DNA of 64,000 nt from Cycas panzhihuaensis. Lineage: Eukaryota > Plantae > Cycadophyta. The stretch lies in NCBI GenBank assembly GCA_023213395.1, contig CM041465.1, positions 195,059,741 to 195,123,740 of the forward strand, in the 5' to 3' direction. Below the pieces are notes generated by a model. It saw only the letters and a list, made by a program, of their open reading frames with translations, ran no database searches and had not been told where the DNA came from. The translations under genes and the position numbers were made by a program. Positions 40,869 through 56,405 of the stretch are shown here, one piece after another (within the stretch, counting starts at the first letter, position 1; each line of letters begins with the position of its first letter).

Positions 40869-43800
40869 TGTTAGAACACTAAATTAATCTGTGAAAATAA
40901 TGCTTTAATGCATTAATGAGGAGAGAGAAACTCCCATATAAATACATCATGTGTACATAAAAAGACAAGTGCATGTAGCCTAAGTGTCAATAACACATTT
41001 AATAGGGGTTACACACTCTCTCTTAATGTTTTATTTTTTATCTTCAACACTAAGAAGATGCCTAAGATACTGAAATTTATCTTTTGGAAGTGTTTTTATG
41101 AGAGTATCAATAAGTTGTTCTTCATTGATATAGTATAATAGATCTATCTCTTTGGTTTATACTTTCTCTTTGATGAGATTATGGTAAACTTCAATGCGTT
41201 TTATTCTAGCATGTAACACTTGATTCTTTCTTAGTTTAATAACACTTTAGTTATCACAAAGAATTGAAGTAGACTAGTCTTATTCTTATTTTATATCTTT
41301 AAGCAATCATTTAATCCATGATGCTTTGCATGTGGCATTGACAACTACCTTGTATTTTACTTTGGTGGATAACAAGGCCACTGTGGATTGTTTCTTGCTA
41401 CTCCAAGAAATAATTACAAATCCAAGAGAAGTAGTATCTTGTGGTAAACTTTCTTTCTTGTGTATATCCCACCTAATCTAAGTCACTATAGCTGACTAAC
41501 TGAATATTTAAAATTTAAGTATAGTTAAAACCCATTGTTTGGTTCCTTTAATATATCTAAGAATTCTTTAAGCAACATTCCAATAAGATAATTTTGGAAG
41601 TTACATATATTTAGAAACAACTCCAACTGAGTATGAAATATCTGGCTTTGTAGTCATGATATAGATAAGATTACCTATTAACTATATGTATAGTGTTCCA
41701 TCCACTAGTTGTCCATCATCATCAACATTCAGAATGCATCTAATTTCTATTAGAATAACACAACTATTACAATCCTCTATTCTAAATTTTTGAAGGAGTT
41801 TTTTGATATATTTGGCCTAGAATATGAAAATAGAATTCTTTTATTAACTAAATTTAATGCCTAGATAATAATGAAGCAATCCCATATCTGTCATTTCAAA
41901 TTAATTTTTCATCTAGAGCTTGACTTTGCAAATTGTATTATTATCATTTTTTGTAACTATCATGGCATCTACATAAACTACTATGATAGTTATTAAATTG
42001 TATTTACTTATTTTAATATAAAGTCTAAGGTTTGAATCACATCTCTAAAAATATGTTTGTCATAGATGCTGATCTAACTTTGCATACAATGTTATAAGTG
42101 TTTATTTTAATCCATATAAGACCTTTCTTAATTTTCAAACAAGATGTTCTTCATCCTTTTTCATGGACCCTGTTGGTTATTGCATGTATACTTATTTAGT
42201 TAAATCACCATTCAAGAAGGCACTTTTGACATTAAATTTTATGATATTCCATTTGAATTAGGCTACCATGACTGTGACTGTTCACATAGTAATTAATTTG
42301 GCTACTAGTGAAAACGTTTCCTCATAATCAATACCTTTTATTTGAGTATAATCATTTGCAACCAATCTTACCTTGTATCTTTTAACTATACTATCAAAAC
42401 TTTATTTTATTTTGTATACCCACTTACAACCAACAATGGATTTATCTGCAAGAACATCCACTAATTTCTAAGTCTTATTCTTTTTTATAGCATTGATTTC
42501 TACACCCATGGATTTTGGATAATCATATACTTCTAAATAATTTTGTGGTTTAATAGGGCACATTAAACTTTGGTGTCTCTATGACCTAATTCTTTGTTCA
42601 AGTATATTACCTTTTGATTCTTCAAGAGTTTTGATGTACCACTTGGGTAACCCTTTTTAAGGTTTATGACTACTTATTTAAGAGGAGTTTTGTTCTTCTT
42701 TAGAAAGGTTTTATTCTTTTTCAGACAATTGATGTTATTTTTTGATGTTTTATTCATTTTCTTCCTCAAACCCACTAACATATCCTTTTCTATAATAGTG
42801 ACTTCAAACACTTCTTCAACTAGTACATGTACTTGTGTATCTCATTTAATATGTCTGTGTACTATCTTTTCCTTTTGATTTAACTGTTCATCAAAAGTCA
42901 CATCTCTACTAACATAAATCCTATTTGTTTTTAAATCTATGCATCTATATGCTTTAAATTTTTTATTATATTCAAATATAATGTATTCAATACTTTTATC
43001 ATCTAGCTTAGTTCTCTTCTTATCAGAAATGTGAGCATAATCTTTACTACCAAAGATTTTAAGGTGACTTACATCTGGCTTTCTCTTAGTCTAGGCTTCT
43101 TCAGAAGTTACCTTATTTAGAGTTGATGTAAGACTCTTGTTGATGAGATATACTATTGTGTTGACTACTTCATCCTAATATGTTTTTATTATTGCCTTTT
43201 CACTTATCATACTTTGTGTAATTTCTATTATTATCATATTCATACATTTGGTTACTCCATTTGATTATGGTATATATGGAGTGATTACCTCTTTTTATAT
43301 TCCATTTATTTTATAAAAATGACAGAAGTTGTTGGAGATTTATTCTTCTCCTCTATCAAATTGGAGAATTTTGATTTTACATTCACTTTCCAACTCAACC
43401 TATGTCTTAAACTCTTTGAAGTAATCTAAAACTTTTGATTTACTGAAAAGAAAACAGACCCATGTTATTTTTTAGAGAAATCATTAATGAAGGTGAGAAA
43501 GTACATTGCTCTATTTACTAAGTTTGATGCTATTGGCCCATATAAATCAATATGAATTAATTCTAATTTTTTATGTGCTTTTCTAGAAAGGAATTCGATG
43601 TTGCTTACCCATCATACAACTTTTGCATATAAAGGATACAAAAGACATTTCAAGAAGACCATTTATCATATTAGAATTATTTAATAATTCTATCTATCTA
43701 TTTGCAATATGTTCATATTAAGAATGCCATATTTCATTTATGAGGCTATTAATAGTAAGAAGCTTTATAGAATGAACAGGTAGAATATGAGTGAAAATTA

Positions 43801-46015
43801 GTTTATAGAGATTATTAATTTCCACTCCTTTTACAATTACAATCCCATCAAATTTCATGTCACAAATGTGACAACTTCCATCTTTGTTAAAAATGACCTT
43901 GAATCCTTTTTTTCTTAACTAAGATATAGATAAAAGATTTTTTTTTAGGCCAGGTACATAAAGAACTCCATTTTTTTTAATTTTACCATCAATTGAAATA
44001 ATAATAGTGTGTTTCCTTTTAATTTGTAGAGGAAAGTTATTACTGAGATCCACAATTTTTTTGATGAAATATGACCTCAGTATTTTAAACCATTCTCCTC
44101 TCCTAATCATATGATTTAATGCTTATGAGTTTATGTACCAGTCTTCATTTTTGTCAATGAGCATAGACAAAGTTATGATAAAGACAGCTTTTTCTTCTTC
44201 TTCTTCTACATGTTTGTGACTATAATTTCCTTCCACTCTCTTCTTTCTCTATATGTCAGCCTACTTTTATGGATAACAATTTAAAGAGTGTCTTGTTCGT
44301 CTATAATAATAATAGCAGTTTAGTAAGTTTTCTACTCTATAATCACTACCTAAATGCCCATACCTTCTACAATGAAAATATACTCTGGATTATCTAAGTG
44401 TAGACCTGTGTCTTCCTTCTAACATCCATGGAGCTCTCCCTTATCCTTCAAGAGACCAGGATTATCTGACTAAAATCCTGGGCCTCCCTCTAGTAGATCT
44501 GTTACATCCTCTCATCATATTTCTGGACCATCCCCTTCTTTCTAAACTTAACTTTGAGAGAAATGCTTCCTTGATGTCTATTTCTTCTTTATATATTTTA
44601 TTCATTTATTCTTGTTGTAGCAGGTACCCTATCAAAGTGTCAAAGGGCATATTTTTTGTATGCTCACCTATAATAAGTGTATTTACCATAGTGTCAAACG
44701 ATTTTGGCAATTTATTAATAGTTAAACAAACAAGCTCAGAGTCAGTTATAGTTTCACTTGTAGAGACTAGACCATTCTTGATCTCAATTATCTTAGTTAA
44801 AAAGTTTGACACATGTTCTTCTTCTTTGAGATTAACTTTGTATAGTTGTTTTTTGAGAGATTTATCTGTGCTTCATTCTTTTGGCTATATAGTAAGACTA
44901 AATTTCTCCAAGCCTCTAGAAAGGTGGAAGTTAAACCTATGTGGCTCAACAAAAAATGTTCTACAAACAACATAATTCTAGCTATAACAATCCTCTGTCT
45001 CTCTCTCTTCTGAACTAATCACATTCACTATATCAATGGGTTTGACCTCCTTTCCTATGACTATGTCCCATGCATTTTTTTCCATTAAAAGACCTTATAT
45101 TTTTAGTTTCCAAATGCTATAGTTTTTCCCTATGAGTTTATTAGACTCTGAGGGAAAAAATTGAGGCCATTTTGATTTAAAGTTCTATATTTGAAGGGAA
45201 AATGAAAGATAAAAGTAAAAGACTATGATGAGGGCATATGATCATACAACTGTATAAATTTGTACCAAAAAGTATAATTATATGAAATGGATAAAAGGGG
45301 TCTCAAAATGAAGCTGAGGTTCTGCTCTCTTTAGATCTATACAATTTTTAAAACAAATCTTTCTAGATTTTTCAAAAAATAGCCAAAAACATACAATCAT
45401 GTAGGTTTTTTTACCAAAAAATATTTGTATCTTTTCAAAACTCTAGTGAAATCTAACAAACTTACAAGAAAAAGAAAGATCTTGAAAAAATGAAAAGTTT
45501 AAGACCAATTTAACCTAGAAAGACTAAGAGGTTTGACAGAAATTTGTGAATAAAATTTTGAATAGGTACCCACTATAAAACTATGTTTTATCACTTAATG
45601 ATGAAGAATCTGGGTTTGAGCCTTTGGAACAAATTAATCTCCTCAAAAAGACAAATCTACCCACTAAAATTTATCTAATTGTAATCACTTCAAAAAGACA
45701 TGTCTATGTAGATCTATATGGTTTCATACTATCATTAATGAGGTTGTATTATGTCATTTTCTCTTTAAAATAAACTAAAGATACTTTCTTTAAATTGAAT
45801 CTCTTAAATTATCTCTTGCTAAGCTTAGATTCCAAACGAGCTTAGATTTGTAAACTTACTATGATACCATGTTGAACACTCAATGAATCTATGAAGATAA
45901 TGCTTTAATTCATTAATAAAGAAAGAGAAATTCCCATATAAATATATCATGTGTACATGAAAAGGCCAATGCATGTAAGTCATGTTAATAATATATTAAA
46001 GAGGGGTTGGGCACA
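40869..46015 (-). mobile_element. Full-length compact Copia D (short ~147-bp LTRs), decayed
   Basis: LTRs at 40869-41015 and 45870-~46015. PBS rc atgatacca at 45861-45869. PPT rc ctctctctt. gag-pol remnant 41040-45170 (ORFs 44606..44812 and 43919..44110 VLYVPGLKKNLLSIS). No clear TSD. Confidence 0.9.
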
Positions 46016-46714
46016 TAACACTCAACTTTATGCTAGAGAATTTTAAAATACAAAAGATAGAACATTATTTCTCTAACACATTAGGTTTATGTTTGTAGGG
46101 TAAATTCAAGTTGATTCTCCATGCTTATGGCTATTTTCTAGCATTTATTTCAACTTCTTGTGTAATAATTTCATTAAATGTTAAATTATTACCATACAAT
46201 GAATGCTCATTGATCATTGATAGTGCCCCTATAGGGGATGTTAACTAATATGGCTATCAATGGTGTTAGGCAAGCATAATTTATGTTGAAATCACATTGT
46301 ATATTGAAAACTCAATCTTTGCTTTCATGTTTACACTGATAGAGAAAATTTGACTCTTTGACCTAAGACTTGTAATCACATTCAACTTTGATAAGAACAA
46401 AGGTGCTCCAAAAGGTGAGCCATAAGCATTACCTAAAGGCATTCTTGATGCTAAAATTTTTGAATTCACAGCATGTGAAATAATCTCTAAATCTTTGATT
46501 AAATACTCTCTTGATCATTGCTTCCCATCCTGAATCACAACTTTGAGATGTCATTGAGGAATTATGATATTTCATTCTATTAGAAACAATAATTCATCTA
46601 TTTTCAATCAATTATTTTATAAAGGACTCTTTGTTTAACAAGGACTCTTCCTTAAGAAACTCTTACTTTACACTGAAGGACCTAATCAACATTATGAGTG
46701 TATTTCAATGATAA

Positions 46715-49700
46715 TGTTATAGCCAAAAGACAGAAATCCATTGTGGCTAGGAGCACTTTTGAATCCATAACCCTTAAGTATTACAAATAATGTTACTCTT
46801 AGTTGTAATATTATTATTAAAACTTAGAATGTTAGAAATTAGAAAGTTGGTATAAGGGTCCTACAAGTTTGACATTTATCATTCGCGCTTATGTTGTATT
46901 CTTTTTAAATACATTTACTATACCATACAAGTACTATCAAAAAATACAAATCATTTCTTTTTTTAAGCTATAAACTCTTTTGTGGTATTAGAGAAATACT
47001 TGATCCAAGGCATCTTTTTGAATAAAATGCTTGACAAAGGCTTCCAAATTGATGGGAAGAGTTGGAGAGACCAATATAGAAGACTTCAAGGTTTCAAGCT
47101 CTATAAGGATTTCTCAAGATCATACCAGACCATATATTGCAAACTAGTATGATAATTTTTTAGAGATTCATGATTATATGGGTTTTCTCTTCTTAAATCT
47201 ATTTATGTATATATTTTAAAACTCATTTTGAGCCCCAATACAAAAAAGGGTTTTTTACTATCATTTTCTTCAATCACAATTTTTTAAAAATCTAAGTTAT
47301 TTCAGGAGGTATATCTAGTATCAAACTATTCATCTCAAAAATAGTATTCTAAAAAGCCAAGGTTTGAATAGAATCAACCTTTTCCCAAGAGAAGACAAGC
47401 AAGAAAGTAAAAAAAATCCCAATCATTATCATACCTTCAAAGGTTGATTTCCCTCACTTATAAACTTTATTGCAAAATCAACTCCAATGCTAAAATGATA
47501 CTACTTCAAGCTTTAATTTTGGTATTTTTTTATATTTTTTGAAAACACTAGTTTGTATTGTCCATACAGTCTGTACAGATCAACCCTAGTCCTTATTTCC
47601 TAAATTTTTTCACATGTTTTTCAATGACATCTATATATTCTTTTTCAAAGCAATATAAATTAATAGATGTCAACTATAACGCCTAGAAGAGAAAAATGAA
47701 GGGTATTATGTTTACAAAAGGAGCTTAGGAGCAAACAAAAAAAAGTTATTAAGAAGGCCATTGATGCTACAAAGGCCAGAATTTATAAAGACAAAGATAA
47801 GTATGCCTTAGTTACAATCATTCTCTTCATTTCTGATCACATTCTTCCCCATGTAACTTCTACTAGTATTGCTCATGAAGCATGGGAAACCTTGGCTTGT
47901 TTATATGCTAAAAGAATGTTGTTAAAATTTTAGCTCTGAAAAGCAAACTGTATCATGGAGAAATGAAGAAAAGTGAAAGTTTGTCCAAGTTCATCACCAA
48001 GATCAAGGATCCAAGAGAGAAACTTGCAACAATATGAAAAGTAATATTTTAAAAAGAATTAGTTTAACTAACTCTAAATAATTTGCCTAGATCTTATGAG
48101 CACTTTGTGATTACCTTGACCTTTTACAATGATCTTTAAAAAACAAAATTTGAAACTTTGTATGGGCATCCTTTGCATCAAGAACAACCAAAAAAGGGAC
48201 TTGAAGAAGAAACTTGAGTTGGAAGATGCATTTGCATCCAAAGTTAAAATGTCAAAAAAGACTAACCTATAAGAAGAAAGAGGCATTTAAAATAAAATCC
48301 AAGGCAAAGGTGGCACTCCAAAGTACACTCCTCATAGAATCATTTGCTTTTACTGTGGGAAACCATGACACTATGCCAAGGATTGCAAGTTTTGGAAGGC
48401 AAACATTTTTCATGGGTAAAGAGTAGTTAGCAAAGGTAGCAATGAGAAAGGGGAAGATGAACTTGAAGAAACTACCTTTGTTACAACCTTATCTTCTCAA
48501 GTTACTTTCAAATAGAGCTAGTTCATTAACTCTAGAGCATCTTGTCACATGATTGCCAAACATGACTAGTTTGAAAAACTTGAGGAATAGGAGATAGATG
48601 TTACAATCAAACTTAGAGATAATGCTACTCACTCCACATAAGAAACAAGAGCCATACTTGCAAAAATGAAAGATGGTGATATAAAGAAATAAGGAAATGT
48701 CTAGTATATACAAAGACTTAAAACGAATCTCCTATATATTTCGTAAATGATAAAGAAAAATCTCAAGGTAGTATTTAAGAATGGTAAATGCCTTATTTTA
48801 GACAAAAATCAAGATTACAAAGTCATAAGAGAAGGGGTGGAAGAAGAAGATCTCTATAAGTTTTTAACTACTATAGCCACACAAGCTCTCTTTGTAAATC
48901 ATGGAGTTGATGATAATGAAATTTAGCACTTGAGATATGAGAATTTATCTTATGAGAATTTAATTCTACTTAAAAACTCAAATATGGTGAATGGCTTGCT
49001 CAAAAGTTTAGCAAATGCGAAGGATATATGCTAGGGAAGCAACAAAGAACAAATTCCATAAGAATTCTTAAAGATCATAAGTCAAGCTAGAATTAATTCA
49101 CGATAACATTTATGAACCAATAATAACTCTCTTAGTTACAGGAACCCATCATCTAACCTTCATAGATGATTATTTGAAAATGATCTAGGCCTATTTTTTT
49201 TTTTTTTTTAAAGAAAAAAACTAAGGCTCTTAATATCTTTAAAGCCTTTAGAGCTCAAGTGAAAAAGGAAAGTGGAAACAAGATAAACATTTTAAGAACT
49301 GATAATGGAGGAGAGTTCACCTCCAATGACTTTTAAAACTATTACAAAGTATACGAGATAAAGAGGAAACTGACTATAACCTACACTCCCCAATTCAATG
49401 GAGTTATGAAACACAAGAATAGGACCATCATTGAAATGGCCAAAAACATGTTGGAAGGCATAAATATACCTAGTATCTACTAGGAAGAAGTTATGAACAC
49501 ATATGTATATCTTTTAAATAGGTGTTCAATGAAAGTAGTACAAGGAGTAACACCTAAAGAAGCTTGGTTAAGTGAAAAACAAGATATAAGGCATTTAAAA
49601 AGTTTTAGAAGCATAATATATGTTCATATACCAAAAGAAAAATAAAAGAAATTAGATGATAAAAACAGAAAATACATTTTTGTGGGATATACTGAGAAAT

Positions 49701-51435
49701 CAAAGGGTTATAGATGCATGGATCCCAAGACTAACAAAATAATTGCATACAGGGATGTATCCTCTGATGACATACTTCCAAGAATATTGGTGGAAACACC
49801 CTTCACTAAAGGAAGAGTTTTAAAAGGTTAAAATTGTCAAAGTCTAGATTTAGAATCCTTTGAATTTCCAAGAGTCGCAGAGAGTCCTCATAAGAAAATA
49901 TAATATATAAAAGAAAAAAAACATATAGAAAGATCTCACAAAGGAGGGATACCAAAACAAACAATACCTACCAAGAGGGTACCAAAATGGTGCCTAAAAA
50001 TAATGCAAGATTTTGATATACAAAACAATGAAGAAATTGAAAGTAGAAGAAGACAAAAAGATGAGTCCCAATGAGGGCTTCTTTACAATCTAGAGTCCCA
50101 AACTTATGAAAAGGCAAAAACATATAGAAAATGCTCAAAATCCATGAAAGAAGAGTTGTAATTCATTAATAAAAATAATACTTGGAAACTAGTTCAAGCT
50201 CCAAAAAGTAAGCCAACTATAGGTTGCAAATAAATGTTTAAGATCAAGGAGATATTAGATGGATCCATGGAACAGTATAAAGCTTGATTGGTAGCTAAAG
50301 GCTTCACCCATACCAAAGGAATAGATTATGAAGAATCCTTTGACCTAATTGCAAAGAAGATCACCATCAATATAGTCTTGGTATTAATAGTTGAATAATG
50401 ATTAAAGGTGCATCAGATGGATGTGAAAAGAGTCTTTTTTAAATGGAGAACCCACAAAAGAAGAATGCATGGAACAATCTCTAGGTAATGCTAATAGGTA
50501 ATGTTAAAGAAGGATAAGAGCATCTTGTTTATAAACTTAAGAAGGCATAGTATTTATTGAAATAGGCATGTCAATCATGGAATGAGGAAATTGATCTTCC
50601 TCTCAAACATGAGGGATTTATTAAAAGCAACTCAAACCCTAGCCTATACATCAAATAAGGTAAGGGTGATGAAATTATCATACTTGTGTTGTATGTAGAT
50701 GACCTTATTCTCATAGGAAGTGATGAGGAAAGCATCCAATCTACCAAAAGGATGCCTTTGAAATGGTAGACATGGGACTCCTACACTACTACTTTGGAGT
50801 GGAAGTCGATCAAAGGGCAACAAGCATATTCTTATCTTAAACAAAGTATACAAAAAGAATTCTACAAGAATTCAACAAGTCTAAATGCAAACCAGCAACC
50901 ACTCCAATGGAAACCAAGAATAAAATTACTACTAATGGAAGAGGAAAACTAGTGGATGCAACTTTATATAGGAAAATAATGGGTAGTTTAATATACATGA
51001 CTACCACTAGTTAAGATCTTGTCTTTGTAGTAAGATTAATTTCCTTATTCAGGGGAATACCTAAGGAATCTCATTGGCAGGCTATAAAAAGAATTATGAG
51101 ATATAGTAAAGGAACAATCAACCTTGGTCTAGAATGCTTAAGAAGTCATGACCTTAAACTAATAGGCTTCACAGACTCAGATTGAGAAGGAGAAGTAAAT
51201 AATAGGAAGTCTACTTCTAGATATTACTTTAGCCTAGGTTCAAGTATAATGTCTTGGAGCAACAAAAAATAATAAACAATGGTGCTCTCATCTACTAAAG
51301 CCAAATATAAAGTAGTAATTACAAACACCTATTAAGAAATCTGGCTTAAGAAGCTACTAGAAGAACTCAAGCACTCTAAACAACATCCCATACTAATCTT
51401 ATGTGACAATAAGAATGTAATCAAATTGAGTAAGT
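46715..51435 (+). mobile_element. Copia E, decayed, interrupted in RNase H by Gypsy F
   Basis: PBS tggtattagag at 46983-46993; gag from ~47625. Motifs LRTDNGGEFTS, HQMDVK, VLYVDDLILIG; breaks at LCDNKNVIKLSK (51435). The 5' LTR start is uncertain. Confidence 0.88.
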
Positions 51436-54400
51436 GACCCCTCTCAAAGTGGTTTTATAAATTCAAGGAAACTTCATAAAAACCCAATGAGAAAATGATG
51501 TCAACCCAAGGGTACATAAGCTTACGAACCGATAAACTAAGAAGTCACCAAACTAAGGCTATGCAATAATAATTAGATTTCTACTAAACTATCTTGCCTA
51601 TTGGATCTCAATTCACATAGTCATGTCACAAACCTTATGTAGAAGTAATGGCCCAACAATCAAAATCAATAGGAAATTAACTAATATTCATGGGCACTAT
51701 CTCATAGTGTTGCACCTACAATTGGAAGCACTTATCTCACACCCTCAATAGTGATGCAAAGGTTTGTACAAGATGGGCCAAGGGGCACATAGACACAAAA
51801 GGAAAAGCAATCGATAACTTATGAAAAATCTCTTTATATGTTTCATTAGCAATGAGGAAAATATTTATACATAGTTCAGTAAGTTATGACAACCACATGT
51901 AATTCTTGGCAAGTTGTCATTGCTCAAAAATAATGTCTTAATCCAATTGCATGCTTGTGACTAGCAGTCAATAGTTTATTGGAAACTATTGAATTACTAC
52001 ATCATAGATGTAGATAACTCATGAGTTACAAAACTATAAAAAATATATATCAAAATCTTGCCATAATAAGCATTTTTCACATGACAAAAAGAATAACATT
52101 TTAAGACTAAGACTCACAACTTAGAATTCCCTTAGGCTTACAAAATTATCATGAAGACAAGAAAAGATAGTCAATTCGGAGGATGATGAGGACCAAAATG
52201 GGCCTCATCATTTCCCCCTACTTATCTTCCCTTCATCTCGAAGGGTTTCTACTAATCTTCCTCTTATTACTATCCTCTTGACCCTACTCTAGTTGGGGAA
52301 GAATCTGCACTTTGAACTCAAATGTTGAAGTTGGTACTAATCATCACAATCAAGCTTATTTCTACCTTAGGTTTAGAACATCAACATTCCTTAATGTCCA
52401 CTTGAGGATAGATTCCACAAACCACTCAAATGGAAGGAAAAGTCGAAATGTCTACCCTACCATCATCACTTCTAAAATGACATGAAGAGAAGATGTCCCT
52501 AAAACATGGTACCAATCCAATAGACTTGTACCACCTAGAGTTTGTATATTAACTAATCAAAAACTTAAACCAAACAAAAAACATGCCTTGGTAGCATGTT
52601 AGCTAATAATCCCCATGGTTCAATGATAAAATTCATCAACACTCCCCTGGGATATTTCTGTGCTCAAGGTTCTTTAGTTATGATTTTTTTTTTAACTCTT
52701 GAAATTCCTCCTCTTTAATTTATGACTGTGAGGCAACCCCTTCCTAAAATCCTCCTAATGCCTTTGTAAATAGATTTATAGTGATTCAAATTTCATGCTC
52801 TCGAACCACTATCTTTTCATCCCTATAATTTCTAATAAATTATTATGAATCTCCCTTAATAAAACATGGAAATTGAAGATAACAAAGATCACATAGATAA
52901 TACCTTCTTAAATTATCTTAAAGTTGGAGATTTTCATTGATTATATATCTTGAATTTGGTTTTTCCCTTATTGTAATCTTCAGTAGGTCACTTTCCTTAT
53001 CTTCTACATTCACCCCTTTGCCAACAACCCATTAAATTCTTCTCTTTATAGTTTGGTGTTGGACCTCTAAATTTTCCTTTTTGCTGGGAGTAACTTCTTA
53101 TTTATGTCTCTCTTTCATTACTTCCTTAGAACATCTCCTCTTTTAGCATGGGTGGATATCTCTCCCAGGTGAACTCCACATCTATCCAGCTTCATCCATT
53201 CTAGGGCCACAACTACAATCTCTCCTGCAAATGATTCTCACCACATCTTATCTATATATGTTTCCTTCTTGGCCTAATTTATATATGTTTTGACCTTAGC
53301 TACATTCCCACCTTTCTCTCTACTCACCAATTTGTAAAATCAATTACCTTTATGCTCACAAAGTTAATCATAAAATTATACAATTCATTCCTTTTTTATT
53401 GTTGATTTCCTCATATAATCATGCAATATATCACCTCTATGCTTATTGAGTTGCTTACAATTCATCACCTCTATGGTTACTCTTCTTAATAAGAAATATA
53501 CAACTCTGGTTTGAGTTTTCCTCCTTGCAACAAGTCTCCTTCGAGCCTAATACCTTTTTCTATCTTTAACATGCTTTGATTTGATGGGGCCTTTCTATTA
53601 GTATCATGATGCCTCACCCCCCAACCCCCCCTCACCTCAACAACATCAAATTGCTTACCTTCTATAACCACACATGTAATAATACAATGGCAAATAACCT
53701 AGATAGGGTTATTTATAACATCCTTAAATGATATATTTTTCTCCCTTCTACTTAAACCAATGACTACTTTAATTAGGGGTATAATAAAAAATTAAATATT
53801 TCCCTTATACAACATGATTTTAATATGGTCATCTTCATAAGGTAGCATAAATTAGTAATAGATTAATTTGAATATTTGTTGACTTCTTACTTATGTAGAA
53901 ACAATGAATTATCTTGAATGATCATAATTAACATATAGTCTAAATAGCACAAATTCGTTGGATTGTGTTGAAATCTTCTCTTATAGATATATGTCATTCT
54001 GATGTGGAAAGATTAAATAGGAGCCCATGTGCTTTGTAATGTTTTGGCCTCATGTTGAAGATTAACAGGGCCTTTTCTTTTATGTTGAGGATGAAGGAGA
54101 GGACACTTGCATACCATGTTGCATGAATATTTTGTGCTTTGATTTTTTTCTTATTTTTCCTTCTTGTTATTATATTTTTTATACATACAAATTAGTCCTT
54201 CCTAGGTGAACTTCAGGAGGTAGTTAATCAAATAAAATTAAAAGTAGAAAAACTCCTACATCTAAGGGCATTAAGTAAACAACTACAAAGTATTTTGAGC
54301 TTTTCTCATTTTCACAAGTACAAAAGAAAACTAAGTATCCTATTAGTTGGCTGCAATGACTAGCCATATCCATGATAGAAAAGATTTTTCCTATACCAAC

Positions 54401-56280
54401 TAGAGACTAACTTATTTTTACATTTTTTGGATAAACTCTTCTTGAGTGAATGGTCAATGATATAACTTGAGTATATATCTATTTATAAGAATATGTTGCT
54501 TAGGAGTGTCTATCATTTAAATCTTGACAACATCATTGTTGTAAGCCTATAACACTATAAAATCCTAGCCAATAGTCTTGTAATTTACCAAGAGAAACTT
54601 CATAGTAAGCTCCAAACAATAATGCCAATCACTCAGTGCAAACTTCCTTTCTTTTATAAAGTTGTCATGCCATTGCTTTCATCACTACTAGACCACTCTT
54701 ATTTGTTGAATTACTTGTTTTTTAATCTCATCGAGCTCATGAATGTCCATGATTTATTGCTACTACCCCTTCATCATATACATGTCCAATTTTGCTACCA
54801 TATGTCGAGTTTTGATTTTTGGCTCAATCAACATGACTACATACTTTCCATACACCAATTTGAATATGGTGCAACCAATTATTATCTTCCACATCACACA
54901 ATATTCCCATAATATTTCAGGCAATCGCTCCCCCCAATCTCTCTAATGTAATCAGATAGTTTTTATTATGATTTTTTCTAATTCTTATTTTGCTACCTAT
55001 GCCTATCCATTGGCTTCTGAGTAGTATGGTATCCATTTGACATGTCTGACTTGGTACTCCTCTAATAATCCAACAATTACCTAGGTTAAAACAAGTTTGC
55101 CTCTATTGCTAACCAATTCACGAGGGGTTCTATATCTCATAAAAATTTCTTCATACAAAAGGATTACAACATTTTTGAATCATCATTTCAAAAGGATCTC
55201 ACCTTATCCCACTTAGTTACATAATCAATATATACAAGAATATGGTGGCGTCCTTTGTTTTTCAACCAAGGTTTTGAAGTCAACAAAATATTCAAAGGCA
55301 TTTGATTTAAACTTGATAAAATAGAGCGAAGTCTTTTTAGTGAAGTCATTAATGAAAGTCATGAATTACCTTATAACACCTAATGAAGGTACATCCATAA
55401 GTCTACATAAATCAATTGAAGAGGTCCTTGAGCCATATAGTTATTATTTAGAAAACTTTCTCTTTATTATTTCCCAAGTATGCATCATTCACAGATTTCT
55501 TTACCTGCTTCTATAGTGAGTAATCTAATAGCCATATCTATCCTTTTCATCAATGCTAAAATGTTATAGTTTACATGGCTAAACCTCTTATGCCATATTT
55601 CACTATCAACATTGGTTGAGGCTTTCAAAGCATAAGTATATAATGGAGGAATAACTAGTTTGAATAATCTATCATTAGTCATTTATCCATTTGCTACAAC
55701 TATTTTATTCTTTAACTATCTTTGATTGTATATTCACCATTATCAAAGATGACCTTATAATGTTGCTACATCATCTGACCCACCAAGAGTAGGTTCTTCT
55801 TTAGAGTTGAAACATGTAACACATCATTAATACTTATTGTTTCTCCTAATTCAGTAATTATGGACACATTGCCCTTTTTAATAAATGCATAGATAGTATT
55901 ATCCCCAACATGATCTTTTCTTTCTTAGACTTACCAATTTCTTTGAAAATTTCTTCTTTGTGAGTTATGTGAGTTGAACATCTTGAGTCAATGTACCAAC
56001 TACCTTATTCCTCATTAGTTATAAGACTTGAAAGAAATAGTCTATTATTGTCTTTATCTTTAATTATTGTGTTGGCAGTCTGCCTTTGAATACTATCATT
56101 TTTTACGAAGTAATTTTCTTCTAAGTGTCCTATTTTATGGCAAAATGAACATTGGATAGTTCTTCTTTCTCTTTGGCTTTGACTTCTACCTCTAGAGGTT
56201 CCTCTTCCTCTAGAAGTTGCTCTACCTCTTTCAAAGTATTGGCCTTGACCTTGGCCTTAGAAATTCTTTTGTTCTTGTCC

Positions 56281-56405
56281 TTGATAGTTTTAGTTTGATC
56301 CTCGAAAACTTCCTTGACCTTAGAAGTTGCTTTATTCTTGATAGCTTTAGTTTGGTCCTCAAAATCTTCTTTGACCTTGGAAGATTCTTTGTGCTTGATA
56401 GATTT
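56281..56405 (-). repeat. 57-bp in-frame tandem repeat in Copia G gag
   Basis: ttgatag at 56281, 56338 and 56395; encodes Q/G/N/F-rich 19-aa units. Confidence 0.8.

Noticed and set aside
45250-45385. Possible sixth copy of the leader motif in Copia D (also weak candidates at 6689-6740, 19296-19345 and 47310-47360)
   Set aside because: Only partial blocks match, or the spacing is off; not counted.
46281-46469. ORF with SPFGAPLFL resembling an RT motif; nearby CSLIIDS on the plus strand
   Set aside because: Flanking residues fit neither RT nor protease; 46020-46715 left unassigned.
55256-55272. tgtttttcaac(c)aaggt similar to 61082-61097 as a TSD or LTR end
   Set aside because: It is Copia integrase coding sequence (TLVEKQ); probably coincidental.
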